A stretch of DNA of 54,902 nt from IMG/VR virus record IMGVR_UViG_3300030372_004573, positions 1 through 54,902 of that record, one strand, 5' to 3'. A program made the position numbers and the translations under genes. The stretch comes from a virus. Its lineage: Duplodnaviria > Caudoviricetes. Every line of letters begins with the position of its first letter. Within the stretch, counting starts at the first letter, position 1. The notes below the pieces were generated by a model. The model saw only the letters and a program-made list of their open reading frames with translations, was not told where the DNA came from and ran no database searches. Below, piece by piece: positions 18,301-30,300 of this stretch.

Positions 18301-21300
18301 CACTAATATATCTGAAGAAAGAGAGTCGAGTGAAATTGTAACTGTAAACGCTGAAGACGTTACAGGAGTATCTGAAACTACTAATGAGAAAGGAGAAACA
18401 ATTTTTGCCGTTGAATACTCTCCTGTAGACGCTTCAGGGGAAGTGCTTACTGCTTTTACAAAAAATGCATCGGTTACTAGATTGGATGTCAGAGTAAGAG
18501 AAAATTACAAAATTGAACAAGAAATAATCCAACAGATAGAAGAGGAAGTTCTTATTCCTAATGTAGAGGATCAGAATGAAGCTCTAAGAACTGCTGAAGG
18601 TATCGAAGCGGCTACTAATAATTTTATTAAAAAGCATAAAGTTGCTTTAAAGAATAACAATATTTCAATTTTAATTGACCCTACCGAAGAGCAACAGCAA
18701 GGGTTTATAGATACAGTACAAGGAAACCAAGAGTATCAAATTCTTCAGGGAGCAGAAAGCTCGGTTAAAATTAATGAGGAGGGGACAGTATTTATTATTA
18801 TAAATACAGCCAACACTTCTGAAGTAACAAACTCTATACCCAAGCAAAGAAGAACTACTTACATGCAGAGCGTTTTTACTGAAGCTCTAGCAAGTTCTTT
18901 TGAACTGGTATCTATCAGAGACAAATACTTTGGATTAGAACCAGAAAATCGTGGGGATCTTTCTTTAGAGCAGTTTATTAATCTTGATAGATTAGCTGTG
19001 TATGAAGAGATGTCTCAATATGAAAGAGACTGGGCATCCTCTCTTATTCTAGGTGAAGAGGTAACTGAAGGATTATCTGAAAAAGTTTCTAACAGCTCTT
19101 TAATTGCGGCTACTCATATCAATTCTCTGCTCCAGTTAGATATGTCTGGGCAGGTTAAAGGAGTTCAGAAAACTGCATGGGCAGGGAAAAGTCGAGGGGG
19201 TGCTTTATCTAAAAATGTTAAGCAAAAACTTTTTGATATATTGTCCTACCTTAGAGCTGCTATAAGAACAGCAAGAGATTCTTCTAGTAGAGCGTTCCTT
19301 AGAAACCATGTTAATTTTATATCTGATAATTTAACTAAACCTTTCTTTGACGCAGTATCAAATCTTAGTGAAGCACAACAAGCACAGGCTATTGATGAAG
19401 CTAGCCAACAAGATGGTGAAATATTAAATCAAAAAGTAAACCCAATAGAAGATTCACCTATACTAGGTAATGTCCCACAGGTTTCTTTAGAAACCGTACC
19501 AAAAGAAATAAAAGGGAAGAAAGAGTCAGCTAAACCTTCTATTTTTCCTGAAGGAGAAGTAGGAGATTTAAACTTTGATGATGTAGAGCAACCTTCCGAA
19601 TCCGATACTGTTATAGGGCGCAACGCAGAGGGGGATCTTATAGTGTTCCAGTCAATGACTTTAGCTGAAGCAGAAGTCTACCTAAGTAATCTAGAAAAGT
19701 TAAAGGGTAACTTTATTGAGCAGACAACGCCAGTAAAGATTTTTATATCTCCTAACTCTACACCAAACACAGATTCTAACACACAGATCATACTTCAAAC
19801 TAAAGTTAACTCTCAAGCTTTTTCACTGAACAGTGTACAGGGTAGCCCTGATACCCCTTCGTTGAGGCAAGCTATAATAGAGAACCCATTGTTTTCTAAA
19901 GGCATGGTAGAAAATAGTTTGGATGGAAGCAATGTAGTTTATAAGATAGAAGAAGATCCTGATAACCCTTCTTCGTTTAACTTATATGCTTTCCCTAAAG
20001 TTCTTAGGTTTACAAGAGAGCTAACTCCTTCGGATATAGACGCTATTAATACAAACACTGCTGCTGGGGTAGACCCTAAAAAACTTAGTCAAGGGACTGC
20101 TCTTGAGATAGCTAAAAAACTTTTTGATAAAACTATACAGGTTCCCTCTAATCCATCCTTTTCTGAAGAAGCTAGTGCAGAAATTGATATCAACACTGAG
20201 CTATCCTCCGAAACAGCTAGTGAAGATTACATTGAACCTGTACAGCAAACCAGCGTAGATGGTACAGGGTTAGACACTCAAGATCCACCAAAGGCTAAAA
20301 ATAAACAAAGAGAAAAAAGAAAGAAACAAGCTAAGAAAATTTATGCTTCTTTACAGCGAAGGCTTCTTAGAGAGGGCACAAGGTTTTTTGAAGGGGTTAG
20401 AGAAAGTGGAGCCGCTGCTTGGTATGATCGATCAAAGATGGCAGTGGGTATAAACCCAGAGGTACTATATGATATATTAGTAGATGAAAACAATCTAGCC
20501 GCTGCAAAAGCTATACTGAATCTAGCAGTGGACGAAGAGTTAATTCATCAAATTTCTTGGGAAACTCTTTCATATAAAGAAAGACAACAAGCAATTAATG
20601 AGCTTTTAAATGCTGATCGTAGAGGAGCAAATGCTCTTATTAGAATGGTACAAGAGTATAACACAGAGATTCAAAATTATACTCCAGAAGAAACTATCCA
20701 AATTTTAAGATTAGGACTACCTGAAACAGACTCGTTACCTGCGGGCATTGAAGATACTCCCACTAACAGGGCCCTTAAAGACGAAATAGCTGATTATGTT
20801 TTTGAAGAGCTAATAAGAAAACATGTATCGCTTGTTAATGGTAGGGGTGCTACTGAGCCAGATTATGATTTTTTAAGAGGAAAAGATAAAGAAGGAAAAT
20901 CCACTAAGAAAGTAGGTGTACTAGATGTTTACAAAAAGTATATTGAAAACTTTTTTATTGGCCGCTTGAGAGCTAAGAAAGCATTAAGAAAAGATTCTAA
21001 GCTTGGGCCTTATTATGCAACAGCTGTTGCTAAAGTAGCTCAAGAATTTAAAGCCGCTAAAGAAGGATTTAGAAGAAGACCCGATTATGACAAGTTGGAT
21101 CTAGATATAGATTTAGGAGTATACTCGAAACAGAGTACCTTGATAGGTACAGAAATTTCAACTGTTGCTCCTGAAGAGGAGCAAAGAGAAGAGTGGCTCT
21201 CTGAAATTGACCCTGAACAAGTAAAGGCCTCTGTCGTAAAAGGCAGAACAGTAGGCACAAGAAGTCCTTCAGCTAAGGGTAAATTAGGGGAAGGGGCTGA

Positions 21301-24300
21301 TCCTAATAAGGTAGTCACATTAAAAGATCTCAGGGAAAACCCAGAGGCTTATAAGAAGAATGCTTTAATACTTTTAAATTATCCAGTCGTTGCCAGAGAA
21401 TTTCAAGACGACCCATTACTTGAAAAAGTAAGAAAAGCGAAGGCTCCTGTAAATAAAGCCGAACTCAAAAAGCAACAACTAAGACAAGATATTAAGTCGG
21501 CTAAAGATCGTTTAAAGAGTGATCTAGTTACTTACAAAGCGAATGAAAGATCCGACGAACTCAAGCCTCAAAGAAAGCAAGAAGCAGATAGCTTAAAGAA
21601 AAAATATTCCGATAGCCAAAATGCGGTTAAAGAAATAGAGAGAGAAGTTAATAAATTAAATAACTCTTTAAAGAGGGCTAACAAAAGACTTAGGGAAACT
21701 ATAAGTAAAGAGAACAAGAAGATTAATGCTCTTATAAAGAGAGCCCGCTCTGCTGGTAACGAAACTGTTTTAAAAGAACTACAGCAAAGAAAAGTTGATG
21801 TAAAGAATATCCTTAGTAACGACGGCAAGACCGCAGAATTAATTGAAGGCATAAATTCCAGCCTTATAGAAGCTAGACAAAGACTTGCTACTATAAAAAA
21901 ATTATCTAAATCTAATAAGTCTGCTTTTGAGAAAGCTCTGAAAGAATTTAGTAAACCTACAGTTAATAAAAATTCAATCAAATTGTCAGCGTCTCAAGTT
22001 GTCACTACTGTAGAGCAGTTTGTAACAGATATTGAAGAAGGCACTCCTGTCCGTGTTGGAGCTAAGGCTCTTATAGTTAAACTCAACGCTATTAATAAAA
22101 AAGAAAAAGAATTAAAGTCAGCTATTCAAGATGCTAAGACTAAGACTACGAAGTTTGGAGACGTTTTAAAGAGGCTATCTAAATCAGAAAAAGCATTTCC
22201 TATTAATACCGCTGACGAAATATATGCAAGTTTAAATGATGTAGCTCAACAGAACTTGGGAATGTTAATTAAACTATTTCCACAAGATCTTCGTGTGTAT
22301 GCTTCTCTGTGGTACGATGGGGCTAACATAATAGCTAACAAGTTTGCAAAAACATTTGATATCTCTGTAGAACAAGCGGCTGCTGTGCTTGCTGTATTCA
22401 GTCCACAGAAAGACTGGTACATGAACGTATCACTGGCTGAGAGGACAATGCATATATTTAAAGCCAGACAAGCAGCTTTGTTTGATGGTTCAATGGTGTC
22501 TAATTTCCTACGAAGAGCAGGGGAGCCAGAGTTAAAGTATGACAAAAACGGCAATCCTTTTTATGAAGGGGATGCGGTACCTGTATATGATGAAGATGGA
22601 AACCACACCACTGATGAAAATGGTGTATTACAGTTTGATAACTGGGGCAGTGAAAAAGCCAAAGACAAGTTTGAACTTTCAAAACAAGTTTTAAACTTAG
22701 GTTTAGCAGGTAAACGGTTCAACGAGATAGAAGATATTTCTTTCCCCCACAAAGGAAAGCAAAAGAAATTTTCTAAAGAAGCCCTACAGGCTCGTTTTAT
22801 CAGGATGTTTTCTGAGGCTGCGGAGAACGAAGCTCTTAGAGATCCAAAAACATTTAACGTCATCAGACCAGATGGTGCAATTCTTGAAAGACCTTCTCTG
22901 TCTGAGAAAGGAGCTCCGAGATCTATTGCATGGGGTAGCTATAGCACTATTGAAAAAGCAATTAAGATTTTAAATGCAGATCAAGACAACTCAATAGATG
23001 TAATATCCAATGAGCTTGGACTGATGCATAAGGTTAGATCTTTTTACAATAATATATCTGACCCATCTAGTCGTGCAGGCCATGTCACTATGGACACCCA
23101 TGCTGTGGCTGCTCTTTTACTTAAACCTGTCAGTGGAAATAGTATAGAAGTAACTCAAAACTTTGGGGGTCAAGGTACAGCATCTGATTCTAACTTAGGG
23201 ATCAGTGGTTTATATCCTGCATTCGCAGAAGCTTATCGATCAGTTAGTTTTCTAAATGACACTACTAAGGAAGAGTATCTAGTTCGTGAGATACAATCGA
23301 TTACATGGGAAGCAGTACGTATGTTGTTCCCTTCCAAGTGGAAGAGCAACAAGAATAATGTCCGTGCGATTGAAGAGTTACACGCAAAATATGAAAAAGG
23401 AATAATTAGTTTAGAGCAATTACAGGAGCAAATTTATTCTTTTGTCCAAACTTCACAAGCTAAGGGCATGCCTGCGGATGAGGCATTAAGTGTCACTGAA
23501 GGTATCCAAAGTGCTAATACTGTTAGAGGACTAGGAGTAGGCAGGCCTGATTGGGGGCAAGCAGCTCCCGTTTCAGTAGAGGCCCCTCCAAGTGAACAGG
23601 AACAATTTACATCAATACGTTGGAGAAATCTTGAAACTCGTCATGCAGATCTTGCTAGTAGAGACATAAGTGAAAAACAAGGAATCTTTAAAGAAGAAAT
23701 TGCAGAGCTGTTTAGAGAAGCTTCAAGAAAAGCAGAAGAAAAAATACCTGATTATTTTTCATATGAGGAACCAGCAGGTTTACTAATGTACACTGACTTA
23801 ACTGAAGAAAAATATATTTACAAAAACCCTAAAGGTTCTGCCCTTGATAGGGATGCAAACTTAAAAGATTACAAACAGTTTATATTAACTCCTGCTAACA
23901 AGTACATGTTCAGCCCAAACATGACACCACGAGAGGCCGTACTTGCGTTGGGGCTAAAGGAGTATTTAATCATAACGGACGGAACAAGTAATTTAGAACC
24001 TGACAAGGTTATTATTCATGTAAGTAATGGGACAACCCGACCTTATAATCAAACAGGTGCAGGAGTAGAAGTTGTTAAAAGTTTTTATGGGGAGGAGGTA
24101 GAAGTCATATTTGAGGCAGAAAAGACAGACTTGATGAAGGCTATGCTTGATCCAGATCAAGCACTTAAAGCTCAATTAGAAAGAAACTTAAAAAAGACCA
24201 ATAGATTTTTATATGACCGTAGAGGTAAACTAATCCCCCTTAGTGTTAGGTTTGCTCCCTTTAGTGAAGTTAAATATGAACCTCAAGATGTCGAAGATCC

Positions 24301-27300
24301 TATAGAATTATTTGATACTACTGAGAGAATCATAAGAAATCCTTATGACCGTGATGCACGAAGAGCTGAGTATTCTGCTAACTTTATTGTGCCGATAGCT
24401 AATGATTTAGTCACCAACATAGAGAGTATTTTAAATACTGTAATTGATTATAGAAATCCTAAAGGTGAAGAATCAGCTATGGTTCCAATAGCTAAGTTTT
24501 TGTTGGAGACAATATCTGACGACATGTTGAGGTGGAGAGTTTTCCATGATCCTAAATTAACACAGCTAAAAGACCCTGATAACAGAAGTTACTCTTCTCC
24601 AGATCCTGATGTAGGTATTATGCTCGATACTGGTTCTGCGATGGTAGTACCTAAAGATTTCCCCCAAGCTAAAAAGTATACCCGTAATACTAAATATATT
24701 ACAACTCCTACATGGATTAAAAATAAATTTAATACACCTATAGATGCTATCACAAAATGGAAAGGGACAATCGATGGCTTAGATGCTCTAGTAGAGGGCC
24801 AGAGGTACTTGCCATCAGAAGATAGTTTTAATTATGTTCCCCCAATAGATGATTTCGGTGACTATAATAATCTGTCCCGCAAGCGTAAAAATGTTTTAGA
24901 AGATTATTTAAGATATCATATTGATAAGTATGAAGTAGGGGAAACTATATTTGATTCTGAAGGAGGCACAGACCTTGACGAAATATCAACGTATACTGAT
25001 ATTAACTTAAAGGATAGACCTGATTTAGAAAAGTACATATCTTGGGATTATTTCTTTAAGTTTTTAGGTGACAATTCATTTTATAAAACTAAGGAGGGTA
25101 AACACTGGTTAAGACCAAGACCTGATCCTTCAGGTGCTAAAGTATCTTATAAAGTAAGGGGGGTATCCCCCTCTACTATTATACATGAAATTTTCCATGC
25201 CTTAACTCAACGTGAAATTGATAGATATGTAATAAATACTAGAGCAAAAGGACTTAAATTATATAATGCGTATAAGAAAAAAGCTTCAGACATTTCAGTG
25301 CCTGAACCTTTACGAGAGCTGCTTAGAGTTTATTTAAAAGCCGTTGATTATGGAGATGAATATCTAGAGTTAAGAGAGAAGAAAGGAACTATAGTTAAAC
25401 CCACAAAGTCGTCGAGGCACATCTCAAAGATGATGAACTCAGGATATAAACGTGGGGCCGATAAAGCATCAGAAAGACAATTTTATGGATTAGCAAATCT
25501 TGATGAATTTGTTACTATGTCTATGATGAGTCCTGAATTTCAGATATGGCTTATGTCTATACCTGATCTTGAAGCTGCTCAAAATGGAGAAGCAAGAAGT
25601 TTGTGGGATAAGTTTACTGAGATAGTAACAAACATAGTAAATCATTTAAGGAAAGATCCAGACTTTGTACGAGATAGAGAAGTAGAAGGTGGTGCAAATC
25701 TCTTCAAGTCGGCTATCAAGTCCGTTATGGAAGTAGCCGCTTTGAATGGGAACGTAAATCGAAACTTAGCGAACATGGGATATGACTCGGTAAGTAAATG
25801 GAAAACTATTAAGGGAGCTAATGCAGGTAAGGCAGAAGCTGAGGCCTTACGTAAGGGCAGAGACGAAAGCTTTATAGAAGAACACGGGCTTAACTTGCCT
25901 CCTGTTACTAGAGAAATTCTTAGTGGAGTCTACAAGTATAATCCAGAAGAAGCGTCGGGTACTCAGAACCCTGCTACTGTGGCTACTTACAAAAATTTAT
26001 TCCCTTATATAGAAGATAAAGCATTTTCAAAAAGGTTAACAGAGTTCATGGCTAAATACGATGTTGTGGACTGGGGTTCTGGAATGGGCAGGGGCACTAA
26101 TAAGCTTAAAGAAGAATTAAAAATTTCCATTGCTGATGGTTATATAACCCAAATAAGAAAAGGACAAGTAAATATAGAATCTTACGAGCCTTACTTTGTT
26201 GAAGGCAAAGGAAACTTCCCTCCCAGCTTAAAAAGAAAACCAAGAAAAGAATCTCAAGATCTTATTATTAGTAGTCAAGTTATCAACGTACTACCCGCAG
26301 ATGAAAGAGCAGAATTGTTGGAAGATATTTATGCAAGTTTAAGAGAAGAGGGCCAAGCTATAATAACTACTCGTTCAGTGGGGCAAGTTCGAGATGGTAT
26401 TAAAGAAGAAAGAAGAAAATTAATAGGGCCCGCTGAATACATTTCTTCTGTAGATGGTAAGGCAACTACTTTCCAAAAAGGGTTTGATAAGAAGAGTTTA
26501 AAAAAGTTTATTGAAGAAGTTTTACCAGAAGCAGTTGTAACCACAACGGGTCTAAAGATTAGCCCAGTATACGCAATCATTACAAAACCAATAGGCGCAG
26601 GGCTTGAGTTAGATTCTGAACCTGACATCCAATCAACAAAGGTTACTTCTAAAACTCAACCTTTAAAAGGTTCTTTAGATCAAGCGTTTATAATTATGCT
26701 GAATCCTGAGGGAGGTGTTCTAAATGATGTTAAGGAAATGCAAAACCAAATAGCTAATTATGGTTTGGGAATGATTCCGTTAGCTGAAGAAGATCTTCAT
26801 TTTACTATGGTGGGGAGTGCATTCAATGAACAAGTATCTATCAACAAAAATATAAAACCTGATTTTGATATTACTTTAGGGCCTCCTCAGTATGCTGTGG
26901 AAATTAAGCCTAAAGAGAATGCATTAGGGATGGAGATTAAACGGTCTGTGTTTGCCAGAGTAATTGAGCAGGATAAGTTCAAGGAGTACACTGATAAAGT
27001 TATTGGTAGGAAATCTCCAGACACCGATAGAGATTATCACATTACTCTTGCTACGGCTACAGGAGGCCCCAGAAGTGCTGTAGCATACCCCAACAAAAAC
27101 GCATCCTTGTTCTTTGAACAAGGCCCTCGAACACAATTTTCTTATAGTAAGTACGAAGCAGGGCCTGAAAAGATGAGGATACTGGACACGCCCGCTAGTG
27201 AAGCCGCAGGAGAGGCACAGGAAAAATTAGAAAAGCTGAGGGAAAATGAAATGTTTTGGAATACTGCTGCTTTAAGAGGTGACCGTAGACTGAACTCGGC

Positions 27301-30300
27301 TGACCAAGCATTCCCCCTAAGGGCTGGGCTTACCAGTGAAATGGGACTAAGCCTTCCTGAACGGAGGTTTTTGGAAGAAGTTCCTGACTTTGTTAAGAAC
27401 TATAAACAGGTACAAAAAGTTTTACAGAAAACAGTTAATGAAACTGGGGAGGTCAGCCGTGAGAATATGCCTATTATCCAGCCTCAGCAAATGCAAGCAT
27501 TCGCTTCATTTGTCTCAGAGCAAACAGGGTCTACTGTTAATCTTAAGCAAGAGCAAATTCCCGCTGCTTCTTTAAAGCCTTATCAGACTGAATTGTTTTT
27601 CCCTAAAACAGTTTGGTTCGCCCTTCAATATTTTAATAATTTAGAACTTGCTACAGAGGATCTTGTGAAAAGACCATTCTCTTTAATAAGTTCTGATAAC
27701 TATATTATTGACGGGAACCATAGATGGGGCCAGATAATGTTGATAAGTCCTAAATCTTCTATTGAGGGTACAAGGATAAATTTGCCTGTTGCAAAATTAC
27801 TTCCTCTTGCCCGAAAGTTTTCTGAGCTAGTAGGAAATGACAGGGCAACAGATAGAGGAGGGTCTGATCTTTCCCAGTTCACCAAAATAAAAGGAAACTC
27901 AGAGTCCTTTGAGGAAACACGAGCGGCTGAAAGAAGTGCTGCTGAAGAACAAGCTGAGTCTATTGCGTCTAAAGCAAAGCTTGCTACAAGCAAAAAACAG
28001 TTACTGTCTTTATTTGGGCCGAAAATGTACAAAGAACCTTTAGGTACGGTTGTGGTAAAAGAGACTATTCAAAATTCTTATGATGCTATCAAAGACTTAA
28101 AAGAAATAAATGAAGATCTTAAACCCGAAATTGAATACGGAAGCTGGGATCTTTCTAGGCCGCAAAGTATGGATAATCTACAACCGTGGTCGTGGGGTGA
28201 CCCTGTTATTAGAGAGGCTGATGACGGTAGAATGGGTGATGAAAAAGACACTTTCTTAGCACCACCTCCAGAGATTATAGAAGATGTTCTAGAGCAACTT
28301 AAAAAAGGAGAAGATATTAAAAATAGCCAGTACTTTTTTATAAGAGATAATGGCATAGGGATGACTCCTGAAATAATTACCTCTGCTTTCTTTACAATAG
28401 GAGGTACTTATAAAACAAACAAGAGACCTTCTGGAGGACTTGGTGTAGCTAAAATGCAAATGTTGAATTCAGCCGACGAGATTTATTTGCAGACTGTTCG
28501 TGATGGTTTGGAAAGCACTGTAAAAGTTGACAACGAAACTTTAATGGCTGAAGAAGGAGAAGGTGAAAACCCATTCTTCGACATAGTTACTAGAAAAACT
28601 GATGCTCCTTCTGGGACTCAAATATGGTTTAAATTTCCTCAAGAAATATATGATAAAAAAGTAGATTTAACAGAAAAATTTGCCGTAGGAAATCTTTTTG
28701 ATGAGTCTATTAGTATAGAAATGAATCATTTCAAGCCACCTTTCATGTTTGGTGGTGGCGATAAATCGACTTTTCAGACACAGAAAATGGATGACTTAGT
28801 TAACTATGATTTTGCATTACATAGATTAAGTACTCCCCAAGCAAACGTAGATGTTTATGTTCATAAAATAGGTCGATACGACAAAGCAGGTAAGAAGATT
28901 TCAAAGGCACTGTTGCCATGGGGACACCGACTAGATAACGGTTACTCTACTATATATTCTAACGGACTATATCAATTTGAAGATAGGTTAGTAAAAGAAA
29001 ACCCTAACGAAATTCTTGGGGATTCCATTCCTTTCCACTTTATAATAAACGTACGTCCTAAGACTCCTGCTGCGGATATAAACTACCCTTTCAATAACAC
29101 AAGAGAAGGGTGGTCTCCGAATTGGGGCGGAAAAGGGGATAAAAGTTTTTATGGGGAGCTTCACCCAATAGACGAGGAAGTCACACGTTTGCAAATGAAA
29201 TACAGGGACGACTACAATCAACAAAGGTTTGTCCAAGAGTTTGACATAAACAAAGGTATTGATGGCAAACCTCCTACACCAATGGTTCCTGTTATTTACA
29301 ATAACATGGATTTTGATTTATCGGAGCAGGAACAAAATTTCATGACCGACTTTTCTAAAGTTGTTTTTTACGTAGCTGATCAATACTTAGCGTTATGTAA
29401 AGAAGCCAATGCTGAGGGGCTATACCCAATGAATCACAGCGATTTGGAAAATTCAGTATTAAATTCCGAAAAAACTTTAGAGAATAGCAAAGACCCAGAT
29501 GTTGTTTCCTATCATTATGGGTCAGCATTATCTAAAAATTGGGGAGGTGTTCAAACTAACATAGCTCCCCGAATGATTTTAGTTAATCCTGTTTATCATG
29601 ATCCAATGTTTAACAACGATGGTTCTTTAAGTGGGTATATAACTACTAAAGGAGCAGCCGCTGTTTTGGAAGATATAATAAGGCATGAAGTAAATCATGT
29701 AAGTAATAAAAAAGAAGGCGCTAATTTCACTTATGGTTTTTCAATTCAAAAATTAAAGTATGAAGCTGTTGAAAAAATAAAAGAAAATGCTATCAATGTA
29801 ATAGAAAATATAATAATAAATAATTATGAAACCTTCAAAGGACTTAGACAAAAATTTGTTAAGGGAAGCACTAAGTTTCTTAACGCAGAAATTCAAGGAA
29901 ACAAATTCGTTAGAACATTCGATGATTTTAACGATGCATCTAGCGGAAAAATACGGAGCGAAAGGGAGATCGTTGAACAAAACTTTGGGGAAGGCGTTAG
30001 ACCTCAAGACATCCAAGTCACCGATGGAAATATTTCACTCATTGAAGCAGTTAGCCGAAGAACCTTCCGACACGACGTAGACTTCGACCCCCCTTCATCA
30101 GACAATGTACAGGATACACGGATCGGGGTACAGCCTACAACGGACTGGACACTGTACGCAGGTAAACAAGTTGGCGGTTTATATATTTCTTCGGAAGCTA
30201 TAGAAAATGGTTACTCTGTTTTAAGCAAACCTGCTAATCAAGAAAAGAAGAAGAGGTTTGAAGAGGCTAAAGTTAGGCTTGAAACATATCTAGAGGAAGA

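Noticed and set aside
21098-21112. DLDID in the giant protein, resembling the DxDxD/DFDID motif of crAss-like virion RNA polymerases
   Set aside because: It lies in an acidic linker between two other domains, with no surrounding double-psi-barrel motifs visible. Most likely chance.
21420-22200. Coiled-coil stretch as a tape-measure or SMC-like gene
   Set aside because: It is an internal segment of the giant ORF with no ABC-ATPase motifs, and no tail tube or chaperone genes are adjacent.
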